This document shows, one piece after another, positions 1-8,874 of a stretch of DNA of 32,000 bases. Under the pieces are notes generated by a model that was not told where the DNA came from, did not search any database, and worked only from the letters and a program-made list of their open reading frames with translations. Source of the DNA: Pseudomonas aeruginosa (GTDB lineage Bacteria; Pseudomonadota; Gammaproteobacteria; Pseudomonadales; Pseudomonadaceae); contig NZ_LN831024.1 of NCBI RefSeq assembly GCF_001457615.1, positions 840,001-872,000 of the forward strand, in the 5' to 3' direction. The translations under genes were made by a program, and so were the position numbers. The stretch's first letter is position 1; each line of letters starts with the position of its first letter.

Positions 1-1253
1 GCGGCGATGCCTGGCGGCGCCCCGACAGCAATATCGAAGGCATCTTCGGCAGCGATTTCGCCGTCGACATCGCCAGGCGCTCCGAAGCCGCCCACCTCGA
101 CTTCGTGTTTCGCCCGGACGTCAGCAGCCTGCCACTGGACGTGCTGGAGACCGGCTCCGGCTTCGCCAGCCTGGATCCCACCGTACTGCTTGCCGCGGTC
201 GCCCGCGAAACCTCGCGGATCGGCCTGGTGTCGACGGTCTCCACCACGTTCTATCCGCCCTACGTGGTGGCCCGGCAGCTGCAATCGCTGCACTGGATCA
301 GCAACGGCCGCGCCGGCTGGAACATCGTCACCGCGCTGCAGGGCCACGAGAACTTCGGCCTGGACGCGATGCCCGATGCGGAGCAGCGCTACGCGCGCGC
401 CGCCGAGTTCACCCGGCTGGTGCACGACCTGTGGGACAGCTTCCCCCGCGAGGCACTCCTGGTCGACCGCGAGAGCGGCCGCTACGCCGACGTTTCCCGG
501 GTGCACCCGGTCGACCACGACGGCGAATTCCTCAAGGTCAAGGGACCGCTCAACCTGCCGGCCTTCGGCGAGGCGCGGATTCCCCTGGTGCAGGCCGGCG
601 CCTCCGAGAGCGGGCGCGACTTCGCCGCCTCGGTGGCCGACCTGGTGTTCGCGCCGACCCCGGACAAGGAGGCTGCCCTGGAACTGCGCCGCGACCTTTC
701 CCGCCGCGCCGAACGCCACGGTCGCTCGCCGCGCGACGTGCGCCTGCTGCCGGGCTTCAGCCTGTACCTGGCGGAGAGCCGCGAGGAGGCGCGGGAAATC
801 TTCATGCAGACCCACGCGCGCCTGGACCGCGCGCGCAAGTTCGCCACGATCAGGCAGATGCTCGGCCTCGACCTCAGCGACTGGCCGCTGGACCGGCCGA
901 TTTCCGCGGCCGACCTGCCGCCGCCGGTGGCCAACCCCGGCAGCCGCACCCACACCGACCTGCTGCGGCGCCTGATCGAGCGCGAGACGTTACGCCTGGA
1001 CCAGTTGCTGCTGCGCCCCGAGGTGGTTTCCGCGGCGCACTGGCAGGTCATCGGTACGGTGGACGATGCCGTCGAGCAGATCGTCGACTGGGCCGCCGCC
1101 GGCGCCATGGACGGTTTCATCGCCGCGCCGGGAGGCTCGGTCGGCTCGCTGCGGCTGTTCCTCGAACAGGTGGTGCCGCGCCTGGTGGAAAAGGGGCTGT
1201 TCCGCGAGCGCTACAGCGCCACTACCTTCGCCGGGCACCTGGCAGAGGAATGA
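1..1253 (+). CDS. Luciferase-like (NtaA/SnaA/DszA-type) flavin-dependent monooxygenase, 5'-truncated by the window edge
   Basis: The frame of track ORF 105..1253 stays open back to nt 3 (GDAWRRPDSNIEGIFGSDFAVDIARRSEAAHLDFVFRPDV precedes the Met at 105), so the gene starts outside the window. Segments such as HWISNGRAGWNIVTALQGHENFG and the overall length pattern resemble LLM-family monooxygenases. Stop TGA at 1251-1253. Confidence 0.8.
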   Translation, partial: GDAWRRPDSNIEGIFGSDFAVDIARRSEAAHLDFVFRPDVSSLPLDVLETGSGFASLDPTVLLAAVARETSRIGLVSTVSTTFYPPYVVARQLQSLHWISNGRAGWNIVTALQGHENFGLDAMPDAEQRYARAAEFTRLVHDLWDSFPREALLVDRESGRYADVSRVHPVDHDGEFLKVKGPLNLPAFGEARIPLVQAGASESGRDFAASVADLVFAPTPDKEAALELRRDLSRRAERHGRSPRDVRLLPGFSLYLAESREEAREIFMQTHARLDRARKFATIRQMLGLDLSDWPLDRPISAADLPPPVANPGSRTHTDLLRRLIERETLRLDQLLLRPEVVSAAHWQVIGTVDDAVEQIVDWAAAGAMDGFIAAPGGSVGSLRLFLEQVVPRLVEKGLFRERYSATTFAGHLAEE

Positions 1254-1690
1254 TGGAAAGGGCCGGCGACGGCCGCGTCCTGGCGGCGATGGCGAGCGAG
1301 TGACCGCCTGCGGATTGGCCGCCTGACGGGCCCGCTGTATCGCAGCACGCCATCCGACCGGTGGGACGTGGTACAGGCGAGGGAGCCTCTGCCTTGGCGT
1401 AGATACCGTCGTACCCCGGGGATCATCCGGACAGGTCGCAGCCTGGGCAGCGCTGGCCGTCGGCAGGCCTGGCATTCTGCTGTTACAACCATCCATCCAT
1501 TCCTGCGGAAACGAGTGAACTCAATCGCCCCGAGCGCTGTCTGTCAGCCGTCGGCCCAACCGGGCCGGGCGCATGGCCCTTGGCCATGCGGTAGCCCCGC
1601 CCCGGTCGCGCGCTTGTCCATAACAATTCGACTGGCCGGCTTTTTCGCTCCCCTTTGCGGGTTTCGTTCTCTCGCCATGTGAAGATTGCC

Positions 1691-2359
1691 ATGTCCCTAT
1701 CCCGTCGCATCCCCGCCGCTCTTTCCCCGTTCCAGAACCGCGTCATCGGAGCCTGCCTGCTCGGCGGCCTGCTGGCGGCCGGCGCCCCGGCGCAGGCCGA
1801 GGAGGCGACCGGCAACGCGCGCTGGGTGAGCGACAGCCTGACCACTTTCGTGCGCAGCGGCCCCACCGATGGCTATCGCATCGTCGGCACCCTCACCTCC
1901 GGGCAGAAGGTCGAGCTGCTTGGCACCCAGGGCAACTACAGCCAGGTGCGCGGCGAGAACGGCAGCACCGTGTGGATTCCCAGCCGCGACTTGCAGGAGG
2001 TTCCCGGCCAGGCCGAGCGCCTGCCGCAACTGGAACAGAAGGTGGCCGCCCTGACCGCCGAGCTGGACGGCATCAACGACACCTGGAAGACCCGCGTGCA
2101 GGGCATGCAGGAAACCCTCGACACGCGCAAGAAGCTGATCGACGAATTGCAGGCGGCGCGCAGCAACCTGGACGCCGAGCTCGGCAAGGCCCGCTCCGAC
2201 CTGCGTGCGGTGCAGGCGCAACTGGGCGACGAGAACAAGCAGGTGCTGATGCGCTACATGGTCTACGGCGGCAGCATCGCCGGCGCCGGCCTGTTCGCCG
2301 GGCTGATCCTGCCGTCGCTGCTGAGGGTGCGGCGCAAGCGCAACGACAAGTGGTTCTGA
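1691..2359 (+). CDS. SH3-domain envelope protein (YgiM/TIGR04211-like): signal peptide, SH3-like domain, coiled coil, C-terminal TM anchor
   Basis: Track ORF 1655..2359. The ATG at 1691 gives MSLSRRIPAAL... with a hydrophobic signal ending AQA/EE. An SH3-like stretch follows (RWVSDSLTTFVRSGPTDGYRIVGTLTSGQKVELLG...VWIPSRDLQ). Then come a heptad-rich middle, a C-terminal hydrophobic helix and a basic tail RRKRNDKWF. The TTG at 1655 is an alternative start. Confidence 0.75.
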   Translation: MSLSRRIPAALSPFQNRVIGACLLGGLLAAGAPAQAEEATGNARWVSDSLTTFVRSGPTDGYRIVGTLTSGQKVELLGTQGNYSQVRGENGSTVWIPSRDLQEVPGQAERLPQLEQKVAALTAELDGINDTWKTRVQGMQETLDTRKKLIDELQAARSNLDAELGKARSDLRAVQAQLGDENKQVLMRYMVYGGSIAGAGLFAGLILPSLLRVRRKRNDKWF

Positions 2360-2392
2360 GCCTCCGCCCGCGTCTCTGCGTTTCGTAAAGCA

Positions 2393-2413
2393 AGCCCCGC
2401 CGGCCGCGGGGCT
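2393..2413. terminator. GC-rich hairpin between convergent genes (candidate bidirectional terminator)
   Basis: AGCCCCGC-cggcc-GCGGGGCT forms a perfect 8-bp stem. It lies 34 nt after the SH3 gene stop and 30 nt after the minus-strand dehydrogenase stop. The U-tract is weak on both strands. Confidence 0.5.
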
Positions 2414-2442
2414 GTGTCGCAAGCGCGACAAGGGCTGAAGCG

Positions 2443-3534
2443 TCAGCCGCCCGGCGAGACGATGATCTTCACGTTGTGCTCCTTGTTGTTCACCAACTCT
2501 TCGAAACCGCGCTCGACGATTTCTTCCAGGCCGATGCGACCGGTCACCAGCGGTGCGATGTCGAGGCGGCCGTCGGCTATGAAGGCGATCACGTCGGCGA
2601 ACTCGCCGTTGTAGGCGAGGGCCCCGAGCAACTGCTTCTCGGTGGAAACCAGCTCGAAGAAATTGAATTCACTGGGCTCCTCGAAGATTCCCACAAGCAC
2701 GCATTTGCCGGCCTTGCGGATGGCATCGATGGCCAGCTTGGCGGTGTGCTTGTTGCCGATGCATTCGAAGCTGACGTCGGCGCCAAGCCCGCCGGTGAGG
2801 GCGCGGATTTCGCCTAGGGCGTCGCACCGCGAGGGGTCGAGCACCTGGCTGGCGCCGACCTCCAGGGCCTTGGCCTTGCGCGCCGAGGACATCTCCAGGG
2901 CGATCACCTGTGCCGCGCCGGCGGCGCGCGCGCACATGATGGTGCTCAGGCCGATGGTGCCGGCGCCGACCACCACCACGTTCTGCCCGAGCAGGCTGCC
3001 GGCCTTCTTCACCGCGTGCATGCCCACCGCCAGCGGCTCGATCAGCGCGCCGGCCTCGCTGGGAAATCCGGCCGGCAGGGCGTAGAGCAGGTTGGCCGGT
3101 ACGTTGACGTATTCGGCGAAGGCGCCGTTGTTCATCAGCCCGGTGAAGGCCAGGTTCTCGCAGATGTTGTACAGCCCATGCCGGCAGTAGTAGCAGGTGC
3201 CGCAATGCTGGCAGGCGTCTGCGGCGACCGCCTGGCCGACGGCGAAGCCGGTCACGCCGTTGCCGAGGCGGACGATTTCGCCGCTGAACTCGTGGCCGAG
3301 GATGCATTGATCCTTGAGGCCGGTGAGCGGGTGCGGCGCCTCCACGGGGATGAATACCGGGCCGGCCAGGTATTCGTGCAGGTCGGAGCCGCAGATGCCG
3401 CACCAGTGCACACGGATCTGCACCCAGCCGGGCGGCGGCTCGGCCGGGAGCGGCACGTCTTCCACGCGGATATCGTGGCGGCCGTGCCAGACGGCGGCGC
3501 GCATCGCCGCGTTGGCTTGCGGGGAACTGTTCAT
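2443..3534 (-). CDS. Zn-dependent medium-chain dehydrogenase, 2,3-butanediol dehydrogenase of the acetoin cluster
   Basis: Track ORF 2443..3801 trimmed to the ATG at 3534 (MNSSPQANAAMRAAVWHGRHDIRVEDV), with a GGAGA Shine-Dalgarno upstream. It has the GHEFSGEIV catalytic-Zn motif, the CQHCGTCYYC structural-Zn cluster and a GAGTIGL Rossmann motif. It is the last gene of the aco operon. Confidence 0.9.
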   Translation of the reverse strand: MNSSPQANAAMRAAVWHGRHDIRVEDVPLPAEPPPGWVQIRVHWCGICGSDLHEYLAGPVFIPVEAPHPLTGLKDQCILGHEFSGEIVRLGNGVTGFAVGQAVAADACQHCGTCYYCRHGLYNICENLAFTGLMNNGAFAEYVNVPANLLYALPAGFPSEAGALIEPLAVGMHAVKKAGSLLGQNVVVVGAGTIGLSTIMCARAAGAAQVIALEMSSARKAKALEVGASQVLDPSRCDALGEIRALTGGLGADVSFECIGNKHTAKLAIDAIRKAGKCVLVGIFEEPSEFNFFELVSTEKQLLGALAYNGEFADVIAFIADGRLDIAPLVTGRIGLEEIVERGFEELVNNKEHNVKIIVSPGG

Positions 3535-3547
3535 GTCGGTCGTCTCC

Positions 3548-4660
3548 TCAATGCTGGCGGAGGAAGTCGAGCAGCAGGCGGTTGACCTGCTCGGCGGCTT
3601 CCATCTGCACCATGTGCGCCTGTCCGGGAATGATCTCCACCTGGGCTGGCAGGCCCTCGGCATGCCGCGCCGGGATGATCGCGTCATCGCTGCCCCAGAT
3701 CGCCAGGACCGGCTGGCGGCCCTCGCTCGCCACGGCACGCAGGTCGTTGCGCTGGCGACCGTCGGCGAACAGGTTGTCCAGCAACTGGCGCAGGGCCGCA
3801 TCGACGCCTTCCAGGCGCTTGTAGCGGAGCATGTCCTCGAGCATCTGCCGGGTGACCAGCGCGGGGTCGGAGAACAACTGCACCAGTTGCGGCTTCAACG
3901 CGTTGCGGTTGGCCGCCTCGACGAAGCCGCGCAGGTAGTCGCCGTTGATCTCCTCGCCGAGGCCGGCGCTGCCGATCAGGCTCAGCGACAGCACCCGCTG
4001 CGGCGCCAGGCGCGCGCAGTTCAGCGCCACCGCTCCCCCCATGGAGTGACCGGCCAGGTGTACCTGTTCCAGGTCGAGGTGGTCGAGCAGGGCCAGCACG
4101 CTGCCGCTGAGTTCATCGAGGTCGCCGCGCACCAGGGCCTTGCCGGACTCGCCGTGGCCCGGCAGGTCTAGAGCGATCACCCGCCGCTCGGCGGCCAGCG
4201 CCTCGTGGTTGAACAACCAGTTGTTCAGGTCGCCACCGAAACCGTGGATCAGCAGTAGCGCCGGATCGCCCTCGCCGCGGTCGAAATAGCGCAGGAGGCG
4301 CCCGTCCAGCTCGACTTTCCGCGGTGCCGGTCCGCTATCCCCAGCGTCCTCGTCGGCGGGTACGAATTCGGCCTGGAAGCGTTGCACCAGTGCGTCGATC
4401 TCCTCGTCGCTCGCCTCGCCCTCGACCACCACGCCGAGCAGCGCGCCGACCGCCAGGGTCTCGTCCTCGCGCGCCACCTTGCGCCGCAGCACGCCCGAGA
4501 AGGGCGCCTCGACGCTGCTGGAGATCTTGTCGGTCTCCACGTCGAGCACCTCGTCGCCTTTCTCGATATGCGCGCCCTCTTCCTTGAGCCAGGCGTCCAC
4601 CCGACCCTCGGTCATCGACAGGCCCCACTTGGGCATGGTCAGTGTATGGATCCGGCTCAT
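3548..4660 (-). CDS. acoC: Acetoin dehydrogenase E2-like component: N-terminal lipoyl domain fused to an alpha/beta-hydrolase fold
   Basis: The ATG at 4660 (MSRIHTLTMPKWGLSMTEGRV) gives 370 aa by my count. It has the lipoyl-lysine motif VETDKISSSVEAP and the GHSMGG nucleophile elbow. Its start overlaps the acoB stop (ATGA at 4657-4660), which suggests translational coupling. Confidence 0.9.
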   Translation of the reverse strand: MSRIHTLTMPKWGLSMTEGRVDAWLKEEGAHIEKGDEVLDVETDKISSSVEAPFSGVLRRKVAREDETLAVGALLGVVVEGEASDEEIDALVQRFQAEFVPADEDAGDSGPAPRKVELDGRLLRYFDRGEGDPALLLIHGFGGDLNNWLFNHEALAAERRVIALDLPGHGESGKALVRGDLDELSGSVLALLDHLDLEQVHLAGHSMGGAVALNCARLAPQRVLSLSLIGSAGLGEEINGDYLRGFVEAANRNALKPQLVQLFSDPALVTRQMLEDMLRYKRLEGVDAALRQLLDNLFADGRQRNDLRAVASEGRQPVLAIWGSDDAIIPARHAEGLPAQVEIIPGQAHMVQMEAAEQVNRLLLDFLRQH

Positions 4661-5676
4661 GCCGCGTCCCTCCCTTCCAGGGCCTGGCGCACGGCTGCCT
4701 CGATCTTCGCCGCGTCGGGGATGTAGAGGTCTTCCAGGGCGTCGGAGAAAGGCACCGGCGTATGGGGCGCGGTGACCCGGCGGATCGGCGCGCGCAGCGC
4801 GGAGAAGGCCCGTTCGGCGACCAGCGCGGCGATGTCGGTGGCCATCGAGCAGCGTGGGTTGGCTTCGTCGACCACCACCAGGCGGCCGGTCTTTTCCACG
4901 CTTTCGAGAATGCTGTCCTCGTCCAGCGGGCTGGTGCTGCGCAGGTCCAGTACTTCGCAGGAGATGCCCTGGCGCGCCAGGCTGGCGGCGGCGTCCAGCG
5001 CCAGGTGGACCATGCGGCCGTAGGTCACCAGGGTGACGTCGTCGCCGTCGCGGAGGAAGTTCGCCTCGCCGAAGGGTACGCTGTACAGCTCCTCGGGTAC
5101 CTCGCCCTGCATCGAATAGAGCAGCTTGTGCTCGCAGAAGATCACCGGGTCGTTGTCGCGGATCGCCTGGACCAGCAGGCCCTTGGCGTCGTAGGGCGAC
5201 GACGGGCAGACCACCTTGAGGCCGGGGATGTGGGTCCATAGCGAAGTGAGCATCTGCGAATGCTGGGCGGCGGCGCGCAGGCCGGCGCCGACCATGGTAC
5301 GGATCACCAGCGGGGTGACCGCCTTGCCGCCGAACATGTAGCGGAACTTGGCGGCCTGGTTGAGGATCTGGTCCAGGCAGCAACCGGCGAAGTCGACGAA
5401 CATCAGTTCGCACACCGGGCGCATGCCGCGGGTGGCGGCGCCGACCGCGGCGCCGACATAGCCGATCTCTGACAACGGGGTATCCAGCACGCGGCCGGGG
5501 AACTGGTGGTAGAGGCCCTTGGTGACCCCCAGCACGCCGCCCCAGGCGTCGTCCTCGCCGGGCGCGCCGGCGCCGCCGGCATTGTCTTCGCCCATGATGA
5601 AGACGCTCGGGTCGCGGCGCATTTCCTGGGCCAGCGCCTCGTTGATGGCCTGCTGGTAGCTGATCTTTCTCGCCAT
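4657..5676 (-). CDS. acoB: Acetoin:DCPIP oxidoreductase / acetoin dehydrogenase E1 beta subunit
   Basis: The ATG at 5676 (MARKISYQQAINEALAQEMRRDPSVFIMGED) gives 339 aa. This is a typical transketolase-like E1-beta N-terminus and length. It lies within track ORF 4657..6195. Confidence 0.92.
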   Translation of the reverse strand: MARKISYQQAINEALAQEMRRDPSVFIMGEDNAGGAGAPGEDDAWGGVLGVTKGLYHQFPGRVLDTPLSEIGYVGAAVGAATRGMRPVCELMFVDFAGCCLDQILNQAAKFRYMFGGKAVTPLVIRTMVGAGLRAAAQHSQMLTSLWTHIPGLKVVCPSSPYDAKGLLVQAIRDNDPVIFCEHKLLYSMQGEVPEELYSVPFGEANFLRDGDDVTLVTYGRMVHLALDAAASLARQGISCEVLDLRSTSPLDEDSILESVEKTGRLVVVDEANPRCSMATDIAALVAERAFSALRAPIRRVTAPHTPVPFSDALEDLYIPDAAKIEAAVRQALEGRDAA

Positions 5677-5708
5677 GATGGTTCTCCTCGTTCTTGTTTT
5701 CGGGCGGC

Positions 5709-6683
5709 TCAGGGATAGGACACGTAGACGTCGCGCAGCAGGTCGTCCGGCTCCGGCTTGGGATCGTTCTTCGCGCGCTGCACGGCATCCTCGATGCGCG
5801 CCTCGACCTCGGCGTCGATGGCGTCCAGGTCGCTGGCGGAGAGCAGGCCGGCGTGGCAGGTGCGTTCGCGGAACTGCTTGAGGCAGTCGCGGGTTTCCCG
5901 GTAGTGCTTTACTTCGTCGGGATCGCGGTAGGTCTGTGCGTCGCCCTCGAAGTGTCCGTAGTAGCGGGTCAGCTTGACTTCGATCAGCGACGGCCCCTCG
6001 CCGGCGCGGGCGCGCTCGATGGCGGCGCCGGCAGCCTCGTGGACGGCGAAGAAGTCGAAGCCGTCGACGGTCACCCCGGGCATGCCGAAACCGGCGGCGC
6101 GGTCGGCGATGTGGTCGCAGGCCACCGACCAGTTGGCCGCGGTGGCCTCGGCATAGCCGTTGTTCTCGGCGACGAACAGGCACGGCAGGTTCCACACCGC
6201 GGCCAGGTTCATCGCCTCGAACACCGCGCCTTCGTTGGAGCCGCCATCGCCGAAGAAGGCCACCGCCACCGCATCGCTGCCTTTCAGCTTGGCCGCCAGC
6301 GCGGCGCCGGCGGCCAGCGGCGCGCCGGCGCCGACGATTCCGTTGGCGCCGAGCATGCCTTTCTCCAGGTCGGCGATATGCATGGAGCCGCCCTTGCCCT
6401 GGCAGACCCCGGTCTTCTTGCCATAGATTTCCGCCATCATGCCGTGCACGTCTACGCCCTTGGCGATGCAGTGGCCGTGGCCGCGATGGGTGGAGGCGAT
6501 GCAGTCGTCGTCGCGCAGGTGCGCCATCACGCCGGCGGCGGAGGCTTCCTCGCCGGCGTAGAGGTGGACGAAGCCGGGTATCTCGCCCGTGGCGAACTCG
6601 ACGTGCAGGCGTTCCTCGAAGGCGCGGATGGTGCGCATCACGCGGTAGGCATGGAGCAGTTGGTCGGTGCTCAGAGTGGACAT
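5709..6683 (-). CDS. acoA: Acetoin dehydrogenase E1 alpha subunit (thiamine-diphosphate dependent)
   Basis: Track ORF 5709..6683, 324 aa. It contains E1-alpha signatures (YRVMRTIRAFEERL, HRGHGHCIAKG, and the GDGGSNEG ThDP-binding region). Confidence 0.92.
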   Translation of the reverse strand: MSTLSTDQLLHAYRVMRTIRAFEERLHVEFATGEIPGFVHLYAGEEASAAGVMAHLRDDDCIASTHRGHGHCIAKGVDVHGMMAEIYGKKTGVCQGKGGSMHIADLEKGMLGANGIVGAGAPLAAGAALAAKLKGSDAVAVAFFGDGGSNEGAVFEAMNLAAVWNLPCLFVAENNGYAEATAANWSVACDHIADRAAGFGMPGVTVDGFDFFAVHEAAGAAIERARAGEGPSLIEVKLTRYYGHFEGDAQTYRDPDEVKHYRETRDCLKQFRERTCHAGLLSASDLDAIDAEVEARIEDAVQRAKNDPKPEPDDLLRDVYVSYP

Positions 6684-6705
6684 CTTGTTGTTCTCCAGGT
6701 TGTCT

Positions 6706-7746
6706 TCACGGGGTCATCGGGGTTCGCTGGCCGGCCAGCAGGCGATGGCGGGCGGCGTAGGCGAGGGTGGCCGGCACATCGACGCTGAACGGGCCGGAAG
6801 GGTCGAGGGTGATGCTCGGGCGGTCGGTGGCGCTGAACTCGATCTCGCGCTCTCCGTCCAGCGCCAGGGTCCCGCTGGACAGGCTCGGTGCGTGGGTCAC
6901 GCCGGGTTGCAGGTAGCCGGCGGCAGAGACCCCGCAGCCCACCAGCAGGCCCGGCGCCAGCGGCACCAGCAGGCTCTCGCGGGCGTCCGGATGCAGGCGC
7001 ATCCAGGCGCCGTGGGGCTCCTCGCGGCTCACCGGCGACCACAGTCCGCAAAGCGCCGAAAGGCCGATGGCGTGGGGTTCGGCGAAGCTGACGAAGACTT
7101 CGGCGAGGTCTTCGGCGCGACTGATGGCGCGGGCGCCGATGAACGGCTGCGGCGACACCGCGACGTCCACCAGCGCCCACTCGCAGAGCCCGCGGCGCGG
7201 CTCGCGCACCAGCAGGCGCTTGTTGCGTCGCAGGCCGATCTCCGGCGGCACCCGGTTGCTGGCGCAGAGGCCGCCGGCGAGCCCCGCGCCGGTGGCTTCG
7301 CGCAGCTCCGGGAAGGCGTTGTTGGTCCCGGTGGACAGCGCCAGCAGGGGGACGTCGCCGACCTCGGCGGCCACTGCCTTGTGCGTGCCGTCGCCGCCGA
7401 GCACGGCGATCAGCGCCACGCCGCGCTCGACCATGCGCCGCGCCGCCAGGCGGGTATCCTCGACGCTCTGGCGCAGCGGCATGTCGAGGAACTCCAGGAA
7501 CGGCCAGTGGCCGTCGCGGGCCTGGCGGGTCTGGCTGGCCCGGAGCACGGCGGCGGCGATGCCGGTCATGTCCGGCGGCAGCAACGCATGGCGGATGCCG
7601 GTGGCGCCGAAGGCGGCGAGCAGGCGTTGCACCACCGATGCCTTGTCGGTGCTGGAGTGCAGCCCGGCATGGGCGGTGAGGCGACGCAGGTCGCGACCGG
7701 AGGCCGGGTTGGCGATGATGCCGACGATCGGCGAGGGCGGGGTCAT
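6706..7746 (-). CDS. acoX: ATP-NAD kinase / diacylglycerol-kinase-like protein of acetoin clusters (AcoX-like)
   Basis: The ATG at 7746 (MTPPSPIVGIIANPASGRDL) gives 346 aa. It has the GGDGT motif (AVLGGDGTHKAV). Its start overlaps the stop of the upstream SDR gene (ATGA at 7743-7746). Its position immediately upstream of acoA matches acoXABC clusters. Confidence 0.8.
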   Translation of the reverse strand: MTPPSPIVGIIANPASGRDLRRLTAHAGLHSSTDKASVVQRLLAAFGATGIRHALLPPDMTGIAAAVLRASQTRQARDGHWPFLEFLDMPLRQSVEDTRLAARRMVERGVALIAVLGGDGTHKAVAAEVGDVPLLALSTGTNNAFPELREATGAGLAGGLCASNRVPPEIGLRRNKRLLVREPRRGLCEWALVDVAVSPQPFIGARAISRAEDLAEVFVSFAEPHAIGLSALCGLWSPVSREEPHGAWMRLHPDARESLLVPLAPGLLVGCGVSAAGYLQPGVTHAPSLSSGTLALDGEREIEFSATDRPSITLDPSGPFSVDVPATLAYAARHRLLAGQRTPMTP

Positions 7747-8543
7747 AGCGAGAATCCGCCGTCGACGGCGATGGCCTGGCCGGTGACGTGCGGCGCGCAG
7801 GCCAGGTAGACGACGAGCTGGCCCATGTCTTCGACGGTCTGCGCCTCGCCCTGGGGCAGCAGGCTGGCCTGGTGGCGTTCCCAGGACTGCGCCTCGCTTT
7901 CGCCGGCCTGCCGCCAGCGGCCCGACAAGCCGTCCTCGCCGCGCCACATTCCGGTGCCGACGATTCCCGGGCAGAGCGCGTTGACCGTCACCCCGTCGCG
8001 CGCGACCTCCTTGGCCAGGGCATTGCTGAAACCGATCACGGCAAACTTCGAGGCACAGTAGTGGGCGAGGTCGGGGAGACCGACCTTGCCGGCGATCGAT
8101 GACAGGTTGACGATCCGCCCCCAGCGCTGCGCCTGCATCAGCGGCAGTTCGGCCTGGCAGCAGAGGAACACGCCGCGGGCGTTGACGTTCATCACCCGGT
8201 CCCAGTCGGCGAGGCTGAGTTCGGCGACCTTGCGGATGCTGATCACCCCGGCATTGTTCACCGCCACGTCGAGCCGGCCGAACTCCGTGGCGACCCGCTC
8301 GACCATCGCCCGGACGCTGTCGCCGTCGCTGACGTCGACCCCAAGGGCCAGGCTGCGGCGACCGAGGCTGCGGATCGCGGCGGCGGTTTCCTCGGCGACC
8401 TGCGGATCGAGGTCGGCCACCGCCACGTCGGCGCCGGCGCGCGCCAGGGCGAGGGCGATGCCCCGGCCGATGCCGCGTCCGGCGCCGGTCACCAGCGCGA
8501 CCCGGGAAGACAGGGAGAAATCGTCGGACGACGTAGCGTGCAT
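7743..8543 (-). CDS. Short-chain dehydrogenase/reductase, first gene of the aco operon (possible acetoin/diacetyl reductase)
   Basis: Track ORF, 266 aa. It has the TGAGRGIGRGIA cofactor motif, the NNAG motif and the YCASK catalytic YxxxK. Confidence 0.9.
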   Translation of the reverse strand: MHATSSDDFSLSSRVALVTGAGRGIGRGIALALARAGADVAVADLDPQVAEETAAAIRSLGRRSLALGVDVSDGDSVRAMVERVATEFGRLDVAVNNAGVISIRKVAELSLADWDRVMNVNARGVFLCCQAELPLMQAQRWGRIVNLSSIAGKVGLPDLAHYCASKFAVIGFSNALAKEVARDGVTVNALCPGIVGTGMWRGEDGLSGRWRQAGESEAQSWERHQASLLPQGEAQTVEDMGQLVVYLACAPHVTGQAIAVDGGFSL

Positions 8544-8627
8544 GCTTCACCTCTGATTGTTCTTGTAGGTGTATGCGGCAGGGCGTTGGGAGGAGCGGAC
8601 AGTCCGCCCTGCCGTCGCCGTGGCTGG

Positions 8628-8643
8628 AGCAAGGCCGATGCCA
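8628..8643 (-). promoter_or_regulatory. Sigma54 (-24/-12) promoter of the aco operon
   Basis: The minus strand reads TGGCAT-CGGCC-TTGCT, against the consensus TGGCAC-N5-TTGCW. It lies about 85 nt upstream of the SDR start at 8543, and a sigma54 enhancer-binding protein gene (acoR) is divergent. Confidence 0.6.
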
Positions 8644-8874
8644 GGTTGCGGCGTGGCGGCCGGAAGGCCCGTCGTAGAGCGCCGGCATGGGAAGGCCGGC
8701 GACCGCCGGGGCGACGTCCGGCGAGACAACCCATGTCATCGCGCACGGGTTCCCGGCGAGACGCTGAGACGCTCCGTCTCAGTCGTCGGCTGTGGCGGCC
8801 CGGCGCTTGTCGAGGGTCGCCGATGGGCGCTTAATGGGCGGCACAACAACAAGATGCCGAGCAACGGAGGCCCC

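Noticed and set aside
7-975. 322-aa plus-strand ORF overlapping the monooxygenase gene in another frame, plus ORF 431..1303
   Set aside because: They are Pro/Ala/Arg/Ser/Thr-rich low-complexity translations. The LLM-family frame explains the region.
5694-7809. Plus-strand ORFs 5694..6788 (364 aa) and 6667..7809 (380 aa) across acoA/acoX
   Set aside because: They are antisense to well-supported aco genes. Their translations are repetitive (GAG/VAV/RRR tracts), consistent with GC-driven open frames.
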